46,772 bases of DNA, taken from contig JAKLER010000002.1 in NCBI GenBank assembly GCA_022711615.1, forward strand, positions 1-46,772. Reading direction: 5' to 3'. The notes beneath the pieces were generated by a model. It searched no databases and was not told where the DNA came from. It saw only the letters and a program-made list of their open reading frames with translations. Within the stretch, counting starts at the first letter, position 1. The number at the start of each line of letters is the position of its first letter. Origin of the DNA: Acidobacteriota bacterium (lineage in GTDB: Bacteria; Acidobacteriota; Thermoanaerobaculia; UBA5066). The translations under genes and the position numbers were made by a program. Below, one piece after another: positions 23,345 through 31,822 of the stretch.

Positions 23345-25711
23345 ATGACCACCCGAATCCTTCGACCTGCGCTCGCAATCGCCTTCCTCCTGTCGGCCGT
23401 CCCGGCCCTCGCGCAGCGCGAGGGGTACTCGTACCTCTCCTGGGTCGGCTCCGAGGTCACCCTCGTCTCGAGCGCCGAGGACGACTCGACGGCCCGGCCG
23501 AACACGCCGATCCTCGTCGGCGATCGCATCTCGACCGGCTCGGCGTCCCGGGCCGAGGCGATCCTCGCGGACGGCAACGTCCTGCGGATCGACGTCGGCA
23601 CCGACCTCCGATTCGACCGGCTCTCCCGGACCTACGAATCGGAGGACGACCGGAACTCGATCTACCTCGAAAGGGGCGGGATCCACCTCGAGCACCGCTG
23701 GTCGACGTCCCGCGACGAGGCGACCCGGATCGACACCGGCGACGTGACCGTCCTCTTCCCCGACAAGGGCCTTCTCCGGGTCGAGACGGGCCGCCGCGGG
23801 ACCGAGGTCTACGTCCTCTCCGGCCGCGCCGAGATCGCCGCCCGCTCCGGACGGGCCACGCTCCGGGCCGGCCAGTACGCCTACGTCTCCGGAGACTCCG
23901 AGCTCGAGGTCGACTGGCTCGGCGAGCCGCGCGACCGCTTCGCCGCCTTCGTCTCCGACCGTCGCTCCTATTCCGCCGACCGCCCGTCTTCCGATGACGT
24001 GGTCGCGGGCTACGAGTACGACTACGCCGTCGCCGACTTCGACCGCTACGGATCGTGGATCACCGTGGGCGGCTCCCGGGCCTGGAGGCCCACCGTCTCC
24101 GTCGGCTGGCGCCCCTACACGGACGGCTACTGGCGCTGGTCCCCGGTCGGCCTGACCTGGGTCTCCTACGAGCCCTGGGGCTGGCTCCCCTATCACTACG
24201 GCTCCTGGAGCTGGGACGTCGGCTTCGGCTGGTACTGGACGCCCGGCATCCGCTATTCGCCCGCCTGGGTCTACTGGAGCTACACGCCGTCCTGGGTCGG
24301 CTGGTGCCCGATCGGCTACTACGGCAGCTACTACCACTCCTACTACGACCGCTCCCGCCGAAACCGGCGCGGCTCGGAGCGCTGGACGAACGCCTACCCG
24401 CACCTTCGCGGGCGGATCGACCTCGAGCGGATCGACCCCCGCGGCTGGAGCTACACCTCCGTCAGCCGGCTCGGGTCGCGTTTCGACGCCCGCAGGGACG
24501 TCCTCGGTCACGACGCGGTCCGATTCCGGCCCGGCGAGCGAGGGCTCGTCGCCACGACACCCCTTCGGATCGAGCGTGGCCGCGGCGGCTCCGTGACGTC
24601 CGTGGTGCAGGAGGCGGTCCGGCGCGTTCCCAGGACTCTCGAAGCGGCTCCCCGCGGAGGCGGCGGGCTCGACGACCTCACGCCCGTCCTTCGGCGCGAG
24701 GGGACCCTCGGGTCGACGCAGTCCGAGGGCCTTCGGCGGGCGTGGGTGACCGCGGGCGAGGATCCCTCCTACCGCCCCGTCCCCGCCGATCAGCTCGCTG
24801 CGCCCCGGCGGATCGCAGATTCCTCGACGACGACCGTGACGGCGCCCTCGCGCGGGGGTGAGGGGGGCATCGGCGCCTCGAGCTCGCCTTCCCGGACGAA
24901 CGACGCCACGGCCCCCGCGCGCGGCTCCTCGAGCCGCCCCGGCGAAGGCTGGCGGGACGCAGGAGCCCGCTCCGGCGAGACGGCCGGAACCGCTCGGCAG
25001 GACGTCGAGCCCCCGCTGCGCGGAGGCTTCGGGAACCGCGACGTCCGCGGCGACGACGGCTGGCGCTCGCCCGGGAGCGAGTCCCGCCCCGGCTCGACCC
25101 CATCCCGCACGTTCGACGTCCCCGCCCGTCGGGCCGCGCCTCCGACCGAATCCTCCGAGACGCCCGCGCGGACGGGCACGCGCGAGACCGCTCCCCGCTC
25201 CGAGCCCTGGCGTGCGAGCGAGCCTTCCCGCGGTGCCGACACGCCCGCACGCACCCGGGACTCCGAGCCCGCCCCGGCTCCCCGCAGAAGCGCCCCGGCG
25301 CCGCGGGCGGACGAGGGATGGCGCGGCGACGACACGCCCCGGTCGGCTCCCGCGCCGCGGACCGAGGCGCCCCCGTCCCGGTCCTACGAGACTCCCTCCC
25401 GGAGCTACGACGCACCGTCCCGCTCGGCCCCGGCGCCCCGGTACGAAGCTCCGGCCCGGCGCTCCTACGAGACTCCCTCCCGGGGCTACGAGGCGCCCTC
25501 CCGCTCCTCGTCCCCGGAGCGCTCCGCCCCCGCTCCGCGGTACGAGGCTCCGCCCTCGCGCTCGTCGTCGATGCCCCGCTCGGCGCCGGCGCCTCAGACG
25601 AGCGCTCCGTCCCGCTCCTCCTCCCCGTCGTCGTCCTCTTCTCGCCCCTCGAGCCCGCCGCCCTCGCGCTCCGGCGACTCCTCCCGCCGCAGCGCCTCGC
25701 CGCGCGGCTGA
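23345..25711 (+). CDS. secreted FecR-domain protein with Trp/Tyr-rich central domain and long Ser/Pro/Arg low-complexity tail
   Basis: Four parts. The signal peptide is MTTRILRPALAIAFLLSAVPALA-Q. The FecR-like segment is AEAILADGNVLRIDVGTDLRF. The aromatic domain is WRPYTDGYWRWSPVGLTWVSYEPWGWLPYHYGSWSW...WYWTPG. The C-terminal roughly 330 aa are SRSYE(T/A)PSR-type repeats. The second ATG (23345) is chosen for its 9-nt spacing from GGAGG; an alternative ATG is at 23336. The upstream 470 aa of track ORF 21926..25711 are antisense junk. Confidence 0.85.
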   Translation: MTTRILRPALAIAFLLSAVPALAQREGYSYLSWVGSEVTLVSSAEDDSTARPNTPILVGDRISTGSASRAEAILADGNVLRIDVGTDLRFDRLSRTYESEDDRNSIYLERGGIHLEHRWSTSRDEATRIDTGDVTVLFPDKGLLRVETGRRGTEVYVLSGRAEIAARSGRATLRAGQYAYVSGDSELEVDWLGEPRDRFAAFVSDRRSYSADRPSSDDVVAGYEYDYAVADFDRYGSWITVGGSRAWRPTVSVGWRPYTDGYWRWSPVGLTWVSYEPWGWLPYHYGSWSWDVGFGWYWTPGIRYSPAWVYWSYTPSWVGWCPIGYYGSYYHSYYDRSRRNRRGSERWTNAYPHLRGRIDLERIDPRGWSYTSVSRLGSRFDARRDVLGHDAVRFRPGERGLVATTPLRIERGRGGSVTSVVQEAVRRVPRTLEAAPRGGGGLDDLTPVLRREGTLGSTQSEGLRRAWVTAGEDPSYRPVPADQLAAPRRIADSSTTTVTAPSRGGEGGIGASSSPSRTNDATAPARGSSSRPGEGWRDAGARSGETAGTARQDVEPPLRGGFGNRDVRGDDGWRSPGSESRPGSTPSRTFDVPARRAAPPTESSETPARTGTRETAPRSEPWRASEPSRGADTPARTRDSEPAPAPRRSAPAPRADEGWRGDDTPRSAPAPRTEAPPSRSYETPSRSYDAPSRSAPAPRYEAPARRSYETPSRGYEAPSRSSSPERSAPAPRYEAPPSRSSSMPRSAPAPQTSAPSRSSSPSSSSSRPSSPPPSRSGDSSRRSASPRG

Positions 25712-25739
25712 GCGGGACCGGCTCGGGAAAACGTCCCGA

Positions 25740-25775
25740 GGGCGCCGCCCGTCCGGGCGGCGCCCTCTCGTCTTC
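25740..25775 (+). terminator. candidate intrinsic terminator after the FecR-like gene
   Basis: GGGCGCCGCCC-GTCC-GGGCGGCGCCC (11-bp perfect stem, 25740-25765) is followed by the T/C-rich TCTCGTCTTCC. It is preceded by a second hairpin, CTCGGGA-AAACG-TCCCGAG. Confidence 0.55.
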
Positions 25776-25793
25776 CCCCTCTAGAATGCGGGC

Positions 25794-26042
25794 GTGAGCG
25801 AGACCCGGGGAGGCCGCTTCCTCCAGCTGCTGCTCGGCCTCTATTTCCTCGAGGCCGGCTTGCTGCTCGTCCTCGCCCCGTGGAGCGCGTTCTGGCTGAG
25901 GCGGGTCGTCCTTCCGTCTCCCGCCTCGGTCGAGCCGTTCCTCGCGGCCCCTTCGTTTCGGGGCTTCGTCGCCGGGCTCGGAGTCCTGCACCTCGTCCTG
26001 GCGGCGCGAGTCCTCCTCGGGCGCCCGGAGCGTCCCGCGTGA
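25794..26042 (+). CDS. small hydrophobic (membrane) protein, hypothetical
   Basis: 82-aa ORF, GTG start, with two or three hydrophobic stretches (FLQLLLGLYFLEAGLLLVLAPW, FVAGLGVLHLVLAARVLL). Its stop overlaps a possible acpS GTG (GTGA). A TAGAAT hexamer lies 6 nt before the GTG. Confidence 0.45.
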   Translation: MSETRGGRFLQLLLGLYFLEAGLLLVLAPWSAFWLRRVVLPSPASVEPFLAAPSFRGFVAGLGVLHLVLAARVLLGRPERPA

Positions 26043-26473
26043 CGACGGACCCCCGGTCGGCCCTCCTCGACGGCGCCTACCCCCACGGAAAGGCCGTGCT
26101 GGGCCTCGGGGTCGACCTCTGCGAGATCGCGCGCATCGAGGCGGCCCTCGCGCGGCACGGCTCCCGCTTCCTGGAGAAGGTCTGCGTCCCGGGCGAGGTC
26201 CGCCGCCCGCTCCACTCCCGGCGCATCGGCGAGCACGTCGCCGGCCTCTTCGCGGCCAAGGAGGCGGCGATGAAGGCGCTCGGCACCGGGATGCAGGGCG
26301 TGGCGTTCCGCGAGGTCGCCGTGGCGCGCGAGCCCGGCGGCCCTCCCCGGCTCGTCCTGGCCGGCCGGGCACGCGAGAAGGCCGACGCGCTCGGAGTCGT
26401 CGGCGCCCACGTCTCGATCACGCACGGGACGAGGGAGGCCGTCGCGGTCGTCCTGCTCCTCGGCGGCCGGTGA
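26039..26473 (+). CDS. acpS: holo-[acyl-carrier-protein] synthase (4'-phosphopantetheinyl transferase)
   Basis: LGLGVDLCEIARIE...FAAKEAAMKALG...HVSITH are typical AcpS motifs. The start is either the coupled GTG at 26039 or the GTG at 26096 (giving VLGLGVD..., 125 aa, closer to the usual length). Confidence 0.85.
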   Translation: MTTDPRSALLDGAYPHGKAVLGLGVDLCEIARIEAALARHGSRFLEKVCVPGEVRRPLHSRRIGEHVAGLFAAKEAAMKALGTGMQGVAFREVAVAREPGGPPRLVLAGRAREKADALGVVGAHVSITHGTREAVAVVLLLGGR

Positions 26474-26602
26474 GGCCGGCGCGACCGGCACGCGGGCGAG
26501 GCGCCGCCCGACCGTGTCGCGCCGATCGACGGACACGGCCTCATCGTTCCGAGCCCGGCAGAGGCTTCTGGGACGATCGCCGCAGGGAGGGGCGCGGCGA
26601 TC

Positions 26603-26634
26603 GGGAGCCCTCCGCCGGCCGGCGGAGGGCTCCC
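26603..26634. terminator. 14-bp perfect palindromic hairpin between convergent acpS and rplQ (possible bidirectional terminator, no U-tract)
   Basis: GGGAGCCCTCCGCC-GGCC-GGCGGAGGGCTCCC read directly. Confidence 0.45.
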
Positions 26635-26647
26635 GGGAACATCGGAC

Positions 26648-27304
26648 CTAGGCGCCGCCGGCCTTGCGGGGCGTCCGGGGCGTCGAGCCCCCCTTCTTCT
26701 CGGCCTTCGGCTTCGGAGCCTTCGGAGCGGCCGTCTTCGCGGGCTTGGCCGCCTTCGGGGCCTTCACCTTCTTGTCTCCGGCCTTCTTCTCGTCGGCCTT
26801 CGCGGACTCGGCCGGCTCGTCGGCCTTCGCGCCGGCTTCCTTGTCGCCGCCCTTGCCGGTGACGAGACGCCGCGCCTTCTCGAGGAGCGACTCCTTCTTC
26901 TCGGAGACGGCCTTCTCGGCGGCCTTCTTCTCGGCGCGCCGCTGCGCGAAGTCGAAGTCGACGAACTCGATGATCGCCTTCTCCGCCGCGTCGCCCGGCC
27001 GCTGGCCGAGCTTCAGGATCCGGGTGTAGCCGCCGGGACGCGTCGCGAAGCGCGGCGCGATCTCGTCGAAGAGCCGCTTGGCGGCCTCCTGGCTGATGTC
27101 CCGCAGGGCGAGGCGGCGCGCGTGGAGGCCGCCGCGCCGCGCGAGCGTGACGAGCTTCTCGGCGAGCGGCCGGAGCTCCTTCGCCTTCGAGATCGTCGTC
27201 TGGATCCGCTCGTGAAGGAAGAGCGAGTCGAGCTGGTTGCGGAAGAGTGCTTTCCGGTGCGCGCTGGTCCGCCCCAGCTTGCGTCCGGCCCGGTTGTGCT
27301 GCAT
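26648..27304 (-). CDS. rplQ: 50S ribosomal protein L17 with roughly 95-aa Lys/Ala-rich C-terminal extension
   Basis: 218-aa ORF reading [24 protein letters not shown]...[16 protein letters not shown]... It follows rpoA. The tail is ...[12 protein letters not shown]...[24 protein letters not shown]. Confidence 0.95.
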   Translation of the reverse strand: MQHNRAGRKLGRTSAHRKALFRNQLDSLFLHERIQTTISKAKELRPLAEKLVTLARRGGLHARRLALRDISQEAAKRLFDEIAPRFATRPGGYTRILKLGQRPGDAAEKAIIEFVDFDFAQRRAEKKAAEKAVSEKKESLLEKARRLVTGKGGDKEAGAKADEPAESAKADEKKAGDKKVKAPKAAKPAKTAAPKAPKPKAEKKGGSTPRTPRKAGGA

Positions 27305-27315
27305 CGGTCAGGTCC

Positions 27316-28287
27316 TCAGCGTCCCGCGCCCGTCGGGGTCTCCAGCTTCATGCCGAAGGCGAGCCCCTTCTCGCGCAGGATCTCCTTGATCTCGTTCAGG
27401 CTCTTCCGCCCGAAGTTCTTCGTCTCGAGCATCTCCTTCTCGGTCTTCTGCACGAGCTCCCGAAGCGTCCGGATGCCGGCGTTCTTCAGACAGTTCGCGC
27501 TGCGGACCGAGAGCTCGAGCTCCTCGACGTTCTGGTCGAGCAGGGCGTCGAGCTCGCTCTGCGGGATCTCGGGACCGCTCGCGGCCGCGCCTTCCTCCGT
27601 CTCGAGGTTGACGAAGATCGCGAGGTGCTCCCGGAGGAGGACGGCGGCGAGCCCCACCGCGTCGCGCGGCGTGAGCGTGCCGTTCGTCCAGACCTCGAGG
27701 ACGAGCTTGTCGTAGTCGGTCGCCTGCCCGACGCGCGCGGCCTCGACGTGGTAGTTCACGCGGCGGACCGGCGAGTGGGCGGAGTCGAGCGGGATCGTCC
27801 CGATCGGCGCCTCGGCGTCGAAGTTGCGGTCCGCGGGGACGTAGCCCCGCCCCTTCGTGACGGTCGCCTCGAGCCGGAGGCGGCCGCCGTCGGCCAGCGT
27901 CGCGACCGTCGCCTCCGGGTTGAGGATCTCGACCTGGGCGTCGTCCTCGAACGCGTCGGCCGTCACCACGCCCTTCGACTTCGCGTCGAGGACGAGCATG
28001 CGCGGGCCGTCGTCGTGCATCCGGATGGCGAGGCTCTTGAGGTTGAGGATGACGTCCGTGACGTCCTCGACGACGCCCGGCATCGCCGTGAACTCGTGCT
28101 CGACGCCGTCGATCTTGACGGCGGTGATCGCCGCCCCCTCGATCGACGAGAGGAGGACGCGCCGGAGCGCGTTCCCGACCGTCGTCCCCCAGCCGCGCTC
28201 GAGCGGCTGGGCGGTGAAGCGTCCGTAGTTCCCCGACTCCTCGTCCACCTCGAGGCGGTTCGGTCGCTGGAAGCCCTTCCACATCAT
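27316..28287 (-). CDS. rpoA: DNA-directed RNA polymerase subunit alpha
   Basis: 323-aa ORF reading GNALRRVLLSSIEGAA...C-terminal domain ELELSVRSANCLKNAGIRTLRELV. Confidence 0.97.
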   Translation of the reverse strand: MMWKGFQRPNRLEVDEESGNYGRFTAQPLERGWGTTVGNALRRVLLSSIEGAAITAVKIDGVEHEFTAMPGVVEDVTDVILNLKSLAIRMHDDGPRMLVLDAKSKGVVTADAFEDDAQVEILNPEATVATLADGGRLRLEATVTKGRGYVPADRNFDAEAPIGTIPLDSAHSPVRRVNYHVEAARVGQATDYDKLVLEVWTNGTLTPRDAVGLAAVLLREHLAIFVNLETEEGAAASGPEIPQSELDALLDQNVEELELSVRSANCLKNAGIRTLRELVQKTEKEMLETKNFGRKSLNEIKEILREKGLAFGMKLETPTGAGR

Positions 28288-28312
28288 CGTTCGCTCCTCC
28301 TCGGGTCGCCCG

Positions 28313-28939
28313 TCACTTGCTGTAGAGCTCGACGATGAGCTTCTCGTTGACCTGGAGGGAGACGTCCTCGCGCCGCGGGAGCGACTTGACGGTCCCCTTG
28401 AACTCGGTGGAGTCGAGCTCGAGCCACTCCGGGACGCCGCGTCCCTTGGCCGAGTCGACCGCCGCGACGACGCCCGGGTTCTGGCGGCTCTTCGCCTTGA
28501 TGGCGACGACGGCGCCGGGAACGACGACGAAGCTCGGGACGTCGACCTTCCGGCCGTTCACCGCGACGTGGCCGTGCCGGACGAGCTGGCGGGCCTGCTG
28601 CCGGGAGGCCGCGAAGCCGAGCCGGTGCACGACGTTGTCGAGGCGGCGCTCGAGGAGGGAGAGGAGGTTCTCGCCCGTGACGCCTCGCATCCGCTCGGCC
28701 TTCTCGAACGTGAGGCGGAACTGCGTCTCGAGGAGCCCGTAGAACCTCTTCAGCTTCTGCTTCTCGCGGAGCTGGATGCCGTAGCCGAGGATCTTGGAGC
28801 GCCTCTTCCCGTGCTGGCCCGGCGGGAAGTTGCGGCGCTCGATGGCGCACTTGTTCGTGAAGCAGCGGTCGCCCTTCAGGAAGAGCTTCATGGCCTCGCG
28901 CCGGCAGAGCCGGCAGACGGATTCGCGATAACGCGCCAC
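28313..28939 (-). CDS. rpsD: 30S ribosomal protein S4
   Basis: 208-aa ORF reading [26 protein letters not shown]...[10 protein letters not shown]...S4 RNA-binding domain. GTG start with GGAGG upstream. Confidence 0.96.
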   Translation of the reverse strand: MARYRESVCRLCRREAMKLFLKGDRCFTNKCAIERRNFPPGQHGKRRSKILGYGIQLREKQKLKRFYGLLETQFRLTFEKAERMRGVTGENLLSLLERRLDNVVHRLGFAASRQQARQLVRHGHVAVNGRKVDVPSFVVVPGAVVAIKAKSRQNPGVVAAVDSAKGRGVPEWLELDSTEFKGTVKSLPRREDVSLQVNEKLIVELYSK

Positions 28940-28991
28940 GGGAACGGATACCTCCTGGCCGACTCCGTCGTTGCGTTCCGCCCTTCGTCCC

Positions 28992-29126
28992 GGCCCGGAA
29001 TCGGGAGCCGGTTTACGGGCGCCGGCGCGCTCTCCGCGCGCCGGAGTCGCCCCCCTCGGAGGGGGGTCGGGAGGCCCGCGGGCCTCCCTCTCTCGCCGAC
29101 CCGCCGGGGGAGCGGCGCTCCCCCGG
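28992..29126 (-). promoter_or_regulatory. cluster of four to five GC-rich hairpins filling the 197-nt rpsK-rpsD spacer
   Basis: Hairpins read directly. CCGGCGCGC-TCTCC-GCGCGCCGG at 29022-29044. CCCCCC-TCGGA-GGGGGG at 29050-29066. GGGAGGCCCG/CGGGCCTCCC at 29069-29088. CCGGGGGAGC-GGC-GCTCCCCCGG at 29104-29126. A weaker one lies at about 28992-29010. Function unknown. Confidence 0.5.
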
Positions 29127-29140
29127 AACGGGGTGAGGGA

Positions 29141-29542
29141 CTAGACCCGGCGCCGCTTGCGGGGGCGGCAGCCGTTGTGCGGGATCGGGGTCGCGTCCTT
29201 GATGGATCGGATGTCGAGCCCGGCCGCGGCGAGGGCGCGGATCGCGCTCTCGCGGCCGGCGCCGGGACCCTGGACGCGGACGTCGAGCGTCCTCACGCCA
29301 TGCTCCTGCGCGAGCTGCGCGGCGTTGCCGGCGGCGAGCTGCGCCGCGAACGGCGTCCCCTTCCGGGAGCCCTTGAAGCCGATCCGGCCGGCGGACGACC
29401 AGGCGAGGACGTTCCCCGACGGGTCGGTGATCGCCACGATCGTGTTGTTGAACGACGCCTGGACCGTGGCCACGGCGTGCGGGACGTTCTTCTTTTCCTT
29501 CTTGGGGCCCTTCTTCCGGCCCTTAGCTTCAGCGGCAGCCAT
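29141..29542 (-). CDS. rpsK: 30S ribosomal protein S11
   Basis: 133-aa ORF reading ...[42 protein letters not shown]... Confidence 0.96.
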   Translation of the reverse strand: MAAAEAKGRKKGPKKEKKNVPHAVATVQASFNNTIVAITDPSGNVLAWSSAGRIGFKGSRKGTPFAAQLAAGNAAQLAQEHGVRTLDVRVQGPGAGRESAIRALAAAGLDIRSIKDATPIPHNGCRPRKRRRV

Positions 29543-29557
29543 CGGCGTTCCTCATCC

Positions 29558-29941
29558 TTACTTCTTCGTCGCCTTCTTCTTGCCGGCCACGGCGCCGCGA
29601 CGCGGGCCCTTCCGGGTGCGGGCGTTCGTGTGCGTCCGCTGCCCACGGACCGGCAGGCCGCGGCGGTGACGAAGCCCGCGGTAGCAGCCGATGTCCATCA
29701 GACGCTTGATGTCCTGGGCGGTCTCCTTGCGGAGGTCGCCCTCGACCTTCACGTCGTCCTGGATCTTCTTGCGGATCTTCGCGACCTCGTCCTCGGACAG
29801 GTCCTTGATCCGCGTGTCGGGTCCCACGCCCGTGTCCTTCAGGATCATGCGGGCCGTAGGGCGCCCGATCCCGAAGATGTAGGTGAGACCGATCTCGACA
29901 CGCTTGTTCGGGGGGAGATCGACGCCGGAGATTCGAGCCAT
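29558..29941 (-). CDS. rpsM: 30S ribosomal protein S13
   Basis: 127-aa ORF reading [26 protein letters not shown]...[20 protein letters not shown]. Confidence 0.96.
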   Translation of the reverse strand: MARISGVDLPPNKRVEIGLTYIFGIGRPTARMILKDTGVGPDTRIKDLSEDEVAKIRKKIQDDVKVEGDLRKETAQDIKRLMDIGCYRGLRHRRGLPVRGQRTHTNARTRKGPRRGAVAGKKKATKK

Positions 29942-29953
29942 TCCCTCTTCCCT

Positions 29954-30067
29954 CTAACCCTGCCGCTGCTTGTGCTTGGCGTTCTCGCAGATGACCCGGA
30001 CGACCCCCGCCCTGCGGATCACCTTGCACTTGGAGCAGATCTTCTTCACGGACGCGCGGACTTTCAT
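29954..30067 (-). CDS. rpmJ: 50S ribosomal protein L36 (Zn-ribbon type)
   Basis: Not in the ORF track because it is shorter than 60 aa. Manual minus-strand translation gives [37 protein letters not shown], lying between infA and rpsM. Confidence 0.93.
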   Translation of the reverse strand: MKVRASVKKICSKCKVIRRAGVVRVICENAKHKQRQG

Positions 30068-30128
30068 GTGATCCCTCGATCGTTTCGCCCCCGGCCTCCC
30101 GGGGGAGCCGGCGGAGCCTTACAGTTTA

Positions 30129-30347
30129 CTACTTGTACCGGTAGATGATGCGACCCCGGTTCAGGTCGTACGGAGAGAGCTCCACGAGGACCTTGTCCCC
30201 GGGCAGGATGCGGATGAAGTGCTTCCGCATCTTCCCGGAGATGTGAGCCAGGACCTGGTGCTTGTTCTCGAGCTCCACCTTGAACATCGCGTTCGGCAGG
30301 GGCTCGATGACCGTCGCGGTCACCTCGATGGCGTCTTCCTTCGACAT
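30129..30347 (-). CDS. infA: translation initiation factor IF-1
   Basis: The last 72 aa of ORF 30129..31181 read [75 protein letters not shown] at 30347. Confidence 0.96.
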   Translation of the reverse strand: MSKEDAIEVTATVIEPLPNAMFKVELENKHQVLAHISGKMRKHFIRILPGDKVLVELSPYDLNRGRIIYRYK

Positions 30348-30370
30348 CTGCGCCTCGAAACCCTCTCCTC

Positions 30371-31231
30371 TCAGACCCGGCTCTCGCCCGGGGTCTCGGC
30401 CGGCTCCCCCCGCGGCGAAGCCGCGGGGACCGGGTATTCCGTCTCGTCCGGGACCCCCGTCACGAGACCGTCGGACGTGTAGCGGCCGAAGCCGAGGACG
30501 ACCGGCCCGTCGGCGGTCGCCACGACCGTGTGCTCGAAGTGCGCCGACGGCTTGCCGTCGGCAGTCCTCACGGTCCAGCCGTCGGGCCCGAGCCGGACCC
30601 GGGCCGTCCCGAGGTTGAACATCGGCTCGATCGCGAGGGTCATCCCCTCGCGGATCCGCTCGCCCTTCCCTGCCGGCCCGTAGTTCGGCACCTGGGGCTC
30701 TTCGTGGAGGGCCGTCCCGATGCCGTGCCCGACGTATTCGCGAACGACGCCGAAGCCCTTCTCGTTCGCGACGGCCTCGACCGCCGCGCCGATGTCGCCG
30801 ATGCGGCCGCCGACGCGGACCGCCGAGACGCCGGCCACGAGAGCGAGCCACGTCTGGCGGACGAGCTCCGCGACCGGCGCGGGCACCTCGCCCACGACCG
30901 CCGTCCGCGCCGCGTCGCCGAAGTAGCCGTCGACGATGACTCCGAGGTCGATCCCGACGATGTCCCCGTCGCGGAGCTTCCGCTTCGACGTCGGGATCCC
31001 GTGGACGACCTCGTCGTTCACCGACGAGCAGACGGTCTTCGGGTAGCCGCGGTAGCCCGGGAAGGCGGCCTTTCCGCCCCTCTTCCGGATGCCGTCCGCG
31101 GCGATCCGGTCGATCTCCTCCGTCGTCACGCCGGGTCGGCAGGCGGCGACGCAGTCGGCCAGCGTCTGCTGGACGATCCACGTCGCCCGCTCCATCTTCA
31201 GGAGCTCCGCCCGGCCCTTGCAGGTGATCAC
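30371..31231 (-). CDS. map: methionine aminopeptidase type I (with roughly 35-aa C-terminal extension)
   Basis: 286-aa ORF reading ...[14 protein letters not shown]...DIVGIDLG...GHGIG...LAIEPM...EHTV. The GTG start overlaps the adk stop (GTGA). Confidence 0.93.
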   Translation of the reverse strand: MITCKGRAELLKMERATWIVQQTLADCVAACRPGVTTEEIDRIAADGIRKRGGKAAFPGYRGYPKTVCSSVNDEVVHGIPTSKRKLRDGDIVGIDLGVIVDGYFGDAARTAVVGEVPAPVAELVRQTWLALVAGVSAVRVGGRIGDIGAAVEAVANEKGFGVVREYVGHGIGTALHEEPQVPNYGPAGKGERIREGMTLAIEPMFNLGTARVRLGPDGWTVRTADGKPSAHFEHTVVATADGPVVLGFGRYTSDGLVTGVPDETEYPVPAASPRGEPAETPGESRV

Positions 31232-31818
31232 GCCAGGACCCTCCCGGTGACGCGGTTCAGCGTCGCGAGGACGTCGAACGCGACCTCGTCGACGGGCCGG
31301 TCGCCGTCGATCCGGTGGAAGAGCCCGAGCTTCCGGTAGAGCTCGGCGAGCGGCTCGGTCTTGTCGCGGTAGACCCGGAGGCGCGCCGCGACCGTCTCCG
31401 GCGTGTCGTCCGCCCGTCCCTCGATCTCGGCCCGCTTCACGAGCCTGCCGACGATGACGGGGTCGGGAACGTCGATGAAGAGCACCGCCGTCAGGGTGCG
31501 GCCCTCGATCCGGAGAAGCCGGTCGAGCTCCTCGGCCTGCGGCACGGTGCGCGGATAGCCGTCGAAGAGGGCGCCGGTCGCCGCGTCGGGCTCCTCGAGC
31601 CTCTCCTTCAGCATGCGTGTGACGAGGTCGTCGGGGACGAGCGCCCCCGACTCCATGATCGGCCGGGCGACCTTCCCGAGGTCGGTGCCTCGGGCCACGT
31701 TCGAGCGGAGGAGGTCTCCGGTGGACACCTGGGGAATCCCGAGCGTGGACGCCAGGCGCGAGGCCTGGGTCCCCTTTCCCGAGCCCGGCGGGCCGAAGAA
31801 CACCACGTCGACCGGCAT
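31228..31818 (-). CDS. adk: adenylate kinase (short-LID type)
   Basis: 196-aa ORF reading [14 protein letters not shown]...STGDLLR...FDGYPRT..QA. Confidence 0.95.
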   Translation of the reverse strand: MPVDVVFFGPPGSGKGTQASRLASTLGIPQVSTGDLLRSNVARGTDLGKVARPIMESGALVPDDLVTRMLKERLEEPDAATGALFDGYPRTVPQAEELDRLLRIEGRTLTAVLFIDVPDPVIVGRLVKRAEIEGRADDTPETVAARLRVYRDKTEPLAELYRKLGLFHRIDGDRPVDEVAFDVLATLNRVTGRVLA

Positions 31819-31822
31819 CGTC

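Noticed and set aside
25880-26038. Upstream part of ORF 25880..26473 as an N-terminal extension of AcpS
   Set aside because: It overlaps the small membrane-protein ORF in another frame and is Arg/Pro-rich. AcpS homology begins near LGLGVDLCEI.
26470-26862. 130-aa plus-strand ORF and the 121-aa ORF 26664..27029 in the acpS-rplQ region
   Set aside because: They are antisense to the L17 tail or lie in the convergent spacer. They have a low-complexity Arg/Pro/Ser or Ala/Phe/Ser composition and no start signals.
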